A stretch of 64,000 bases of DNA from Octopus vulgaris (Eukaryota). The DNA is taken from contig OX597815.1 of NCBI GenBank assembly GCA_951406725.2, positions 88,226,001 to 88,290,000 on the forward strand. The letters are read 5' to 3'. Below, one piece after another: positions 63,356 through 64,000 of the stretch (positions are counted from its first letter, which is position 1; each line of letters begins with the position of its first letter). The translations under genes were made by a program, and so were the position numbers. The notes under the pieces were generated by a model. That model saw only the letters and a list, made by a program, of their open reading frames with translations, was not told where the DNA came from and made no database searches.

Positions 63356-64000
63356 GTGAGTTGAATTTTTATTATTGTCTTACATATATTTTTAATTTGT
63401 TTGCATCTATTTACTAATTTTTAAAAATTTAGAATTGTTTATATCAGAAGAGGAAAGGCCCATGCCCCTTTTCATGGCCCCCATCACTGGTGGAAGGAAA
63501 GTATTCTCAATCTGGAGATTGAGATGTTTTCAGTAGAATAGGCTCTGTTAAAGTTGCCCAAGGTATTTTGTAACCAGGCTATGGATTAAGTCCACCACCC
63601 AAGAACCATACACAAGGAAGAACAATATCTTAAAAGCCTTCTACTTAGTTTCTATCTTCCAAATTTCTCATTCAAGGCTTTGGTAGACCTGAGGCTGTGG
63701 AGAAAACTCTTGCTCAAGATGTTGCAGAGTAGGATTCAGCCTGAAACAACCAAGTTGTAAAGTGAACCTTTTAATCATGTAGATCAATATGCAACAAAAT
63801 CTAACATAGGGTTTTTATAAGTTTTCTTTAAATATTACCCATAACTATCTAGCTTTCAAATAGAATTCATTCCTCTTTCACAGTTGACTGGTTAACAGTA
63901 AGAACAGCAAACGTCAGATTTTCAAAACCCTTTCTATCCACGTTAACAATGGGAACTATATGCAGGTAAAATGGTTGAGTGGATGTGGTATTGATTTAAC

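Overview
AT-rich, repeat-dense eukaryotic DNA, most likely from a coleoid cephalopod (Octopus-like, inferred from the SINE and RTE repeat families). I assembled two host genes by hand on the + strand. One is a complete 9-exon DCLRE1A/SNM1A DNA cross-link repair nuclease (33331-54868, about 924 aa, all splice phases consistent). The other is the first two exons of alpha-L-iduronidase IDUA (60913-63355), which runs off the window. A third long ORF (18745-20553) is an intact, single-exon, hAT-transposase-derived BED-finger protein whose catalytic Glu is replaced by Lys. The rest is mostly transposon debris: RTE, CR1/L2-like, Tx1/L1-like, R4/Dong and Penelope-like remnants, tRNA-derived SINEs, and Merlin, hAT, piggyBac, Tc1/mariner and 6-bp-TSD MITEs. 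The most unusual signal is a set of short elements sitting in or beside (TA)n microsatellites. They are often fold-back palindromes and carry type I hammerhead-ribozyme motifs (9102-9146 with its mirror 8980-9024, 14063-14128 with its mirror 13968-14033, 21260-21321, and degenerate copies), consistent with Penelope-like pseudo-LTRs or retrozyme-like elements. All coordinates and folds were worked out by eye; no searches were run.
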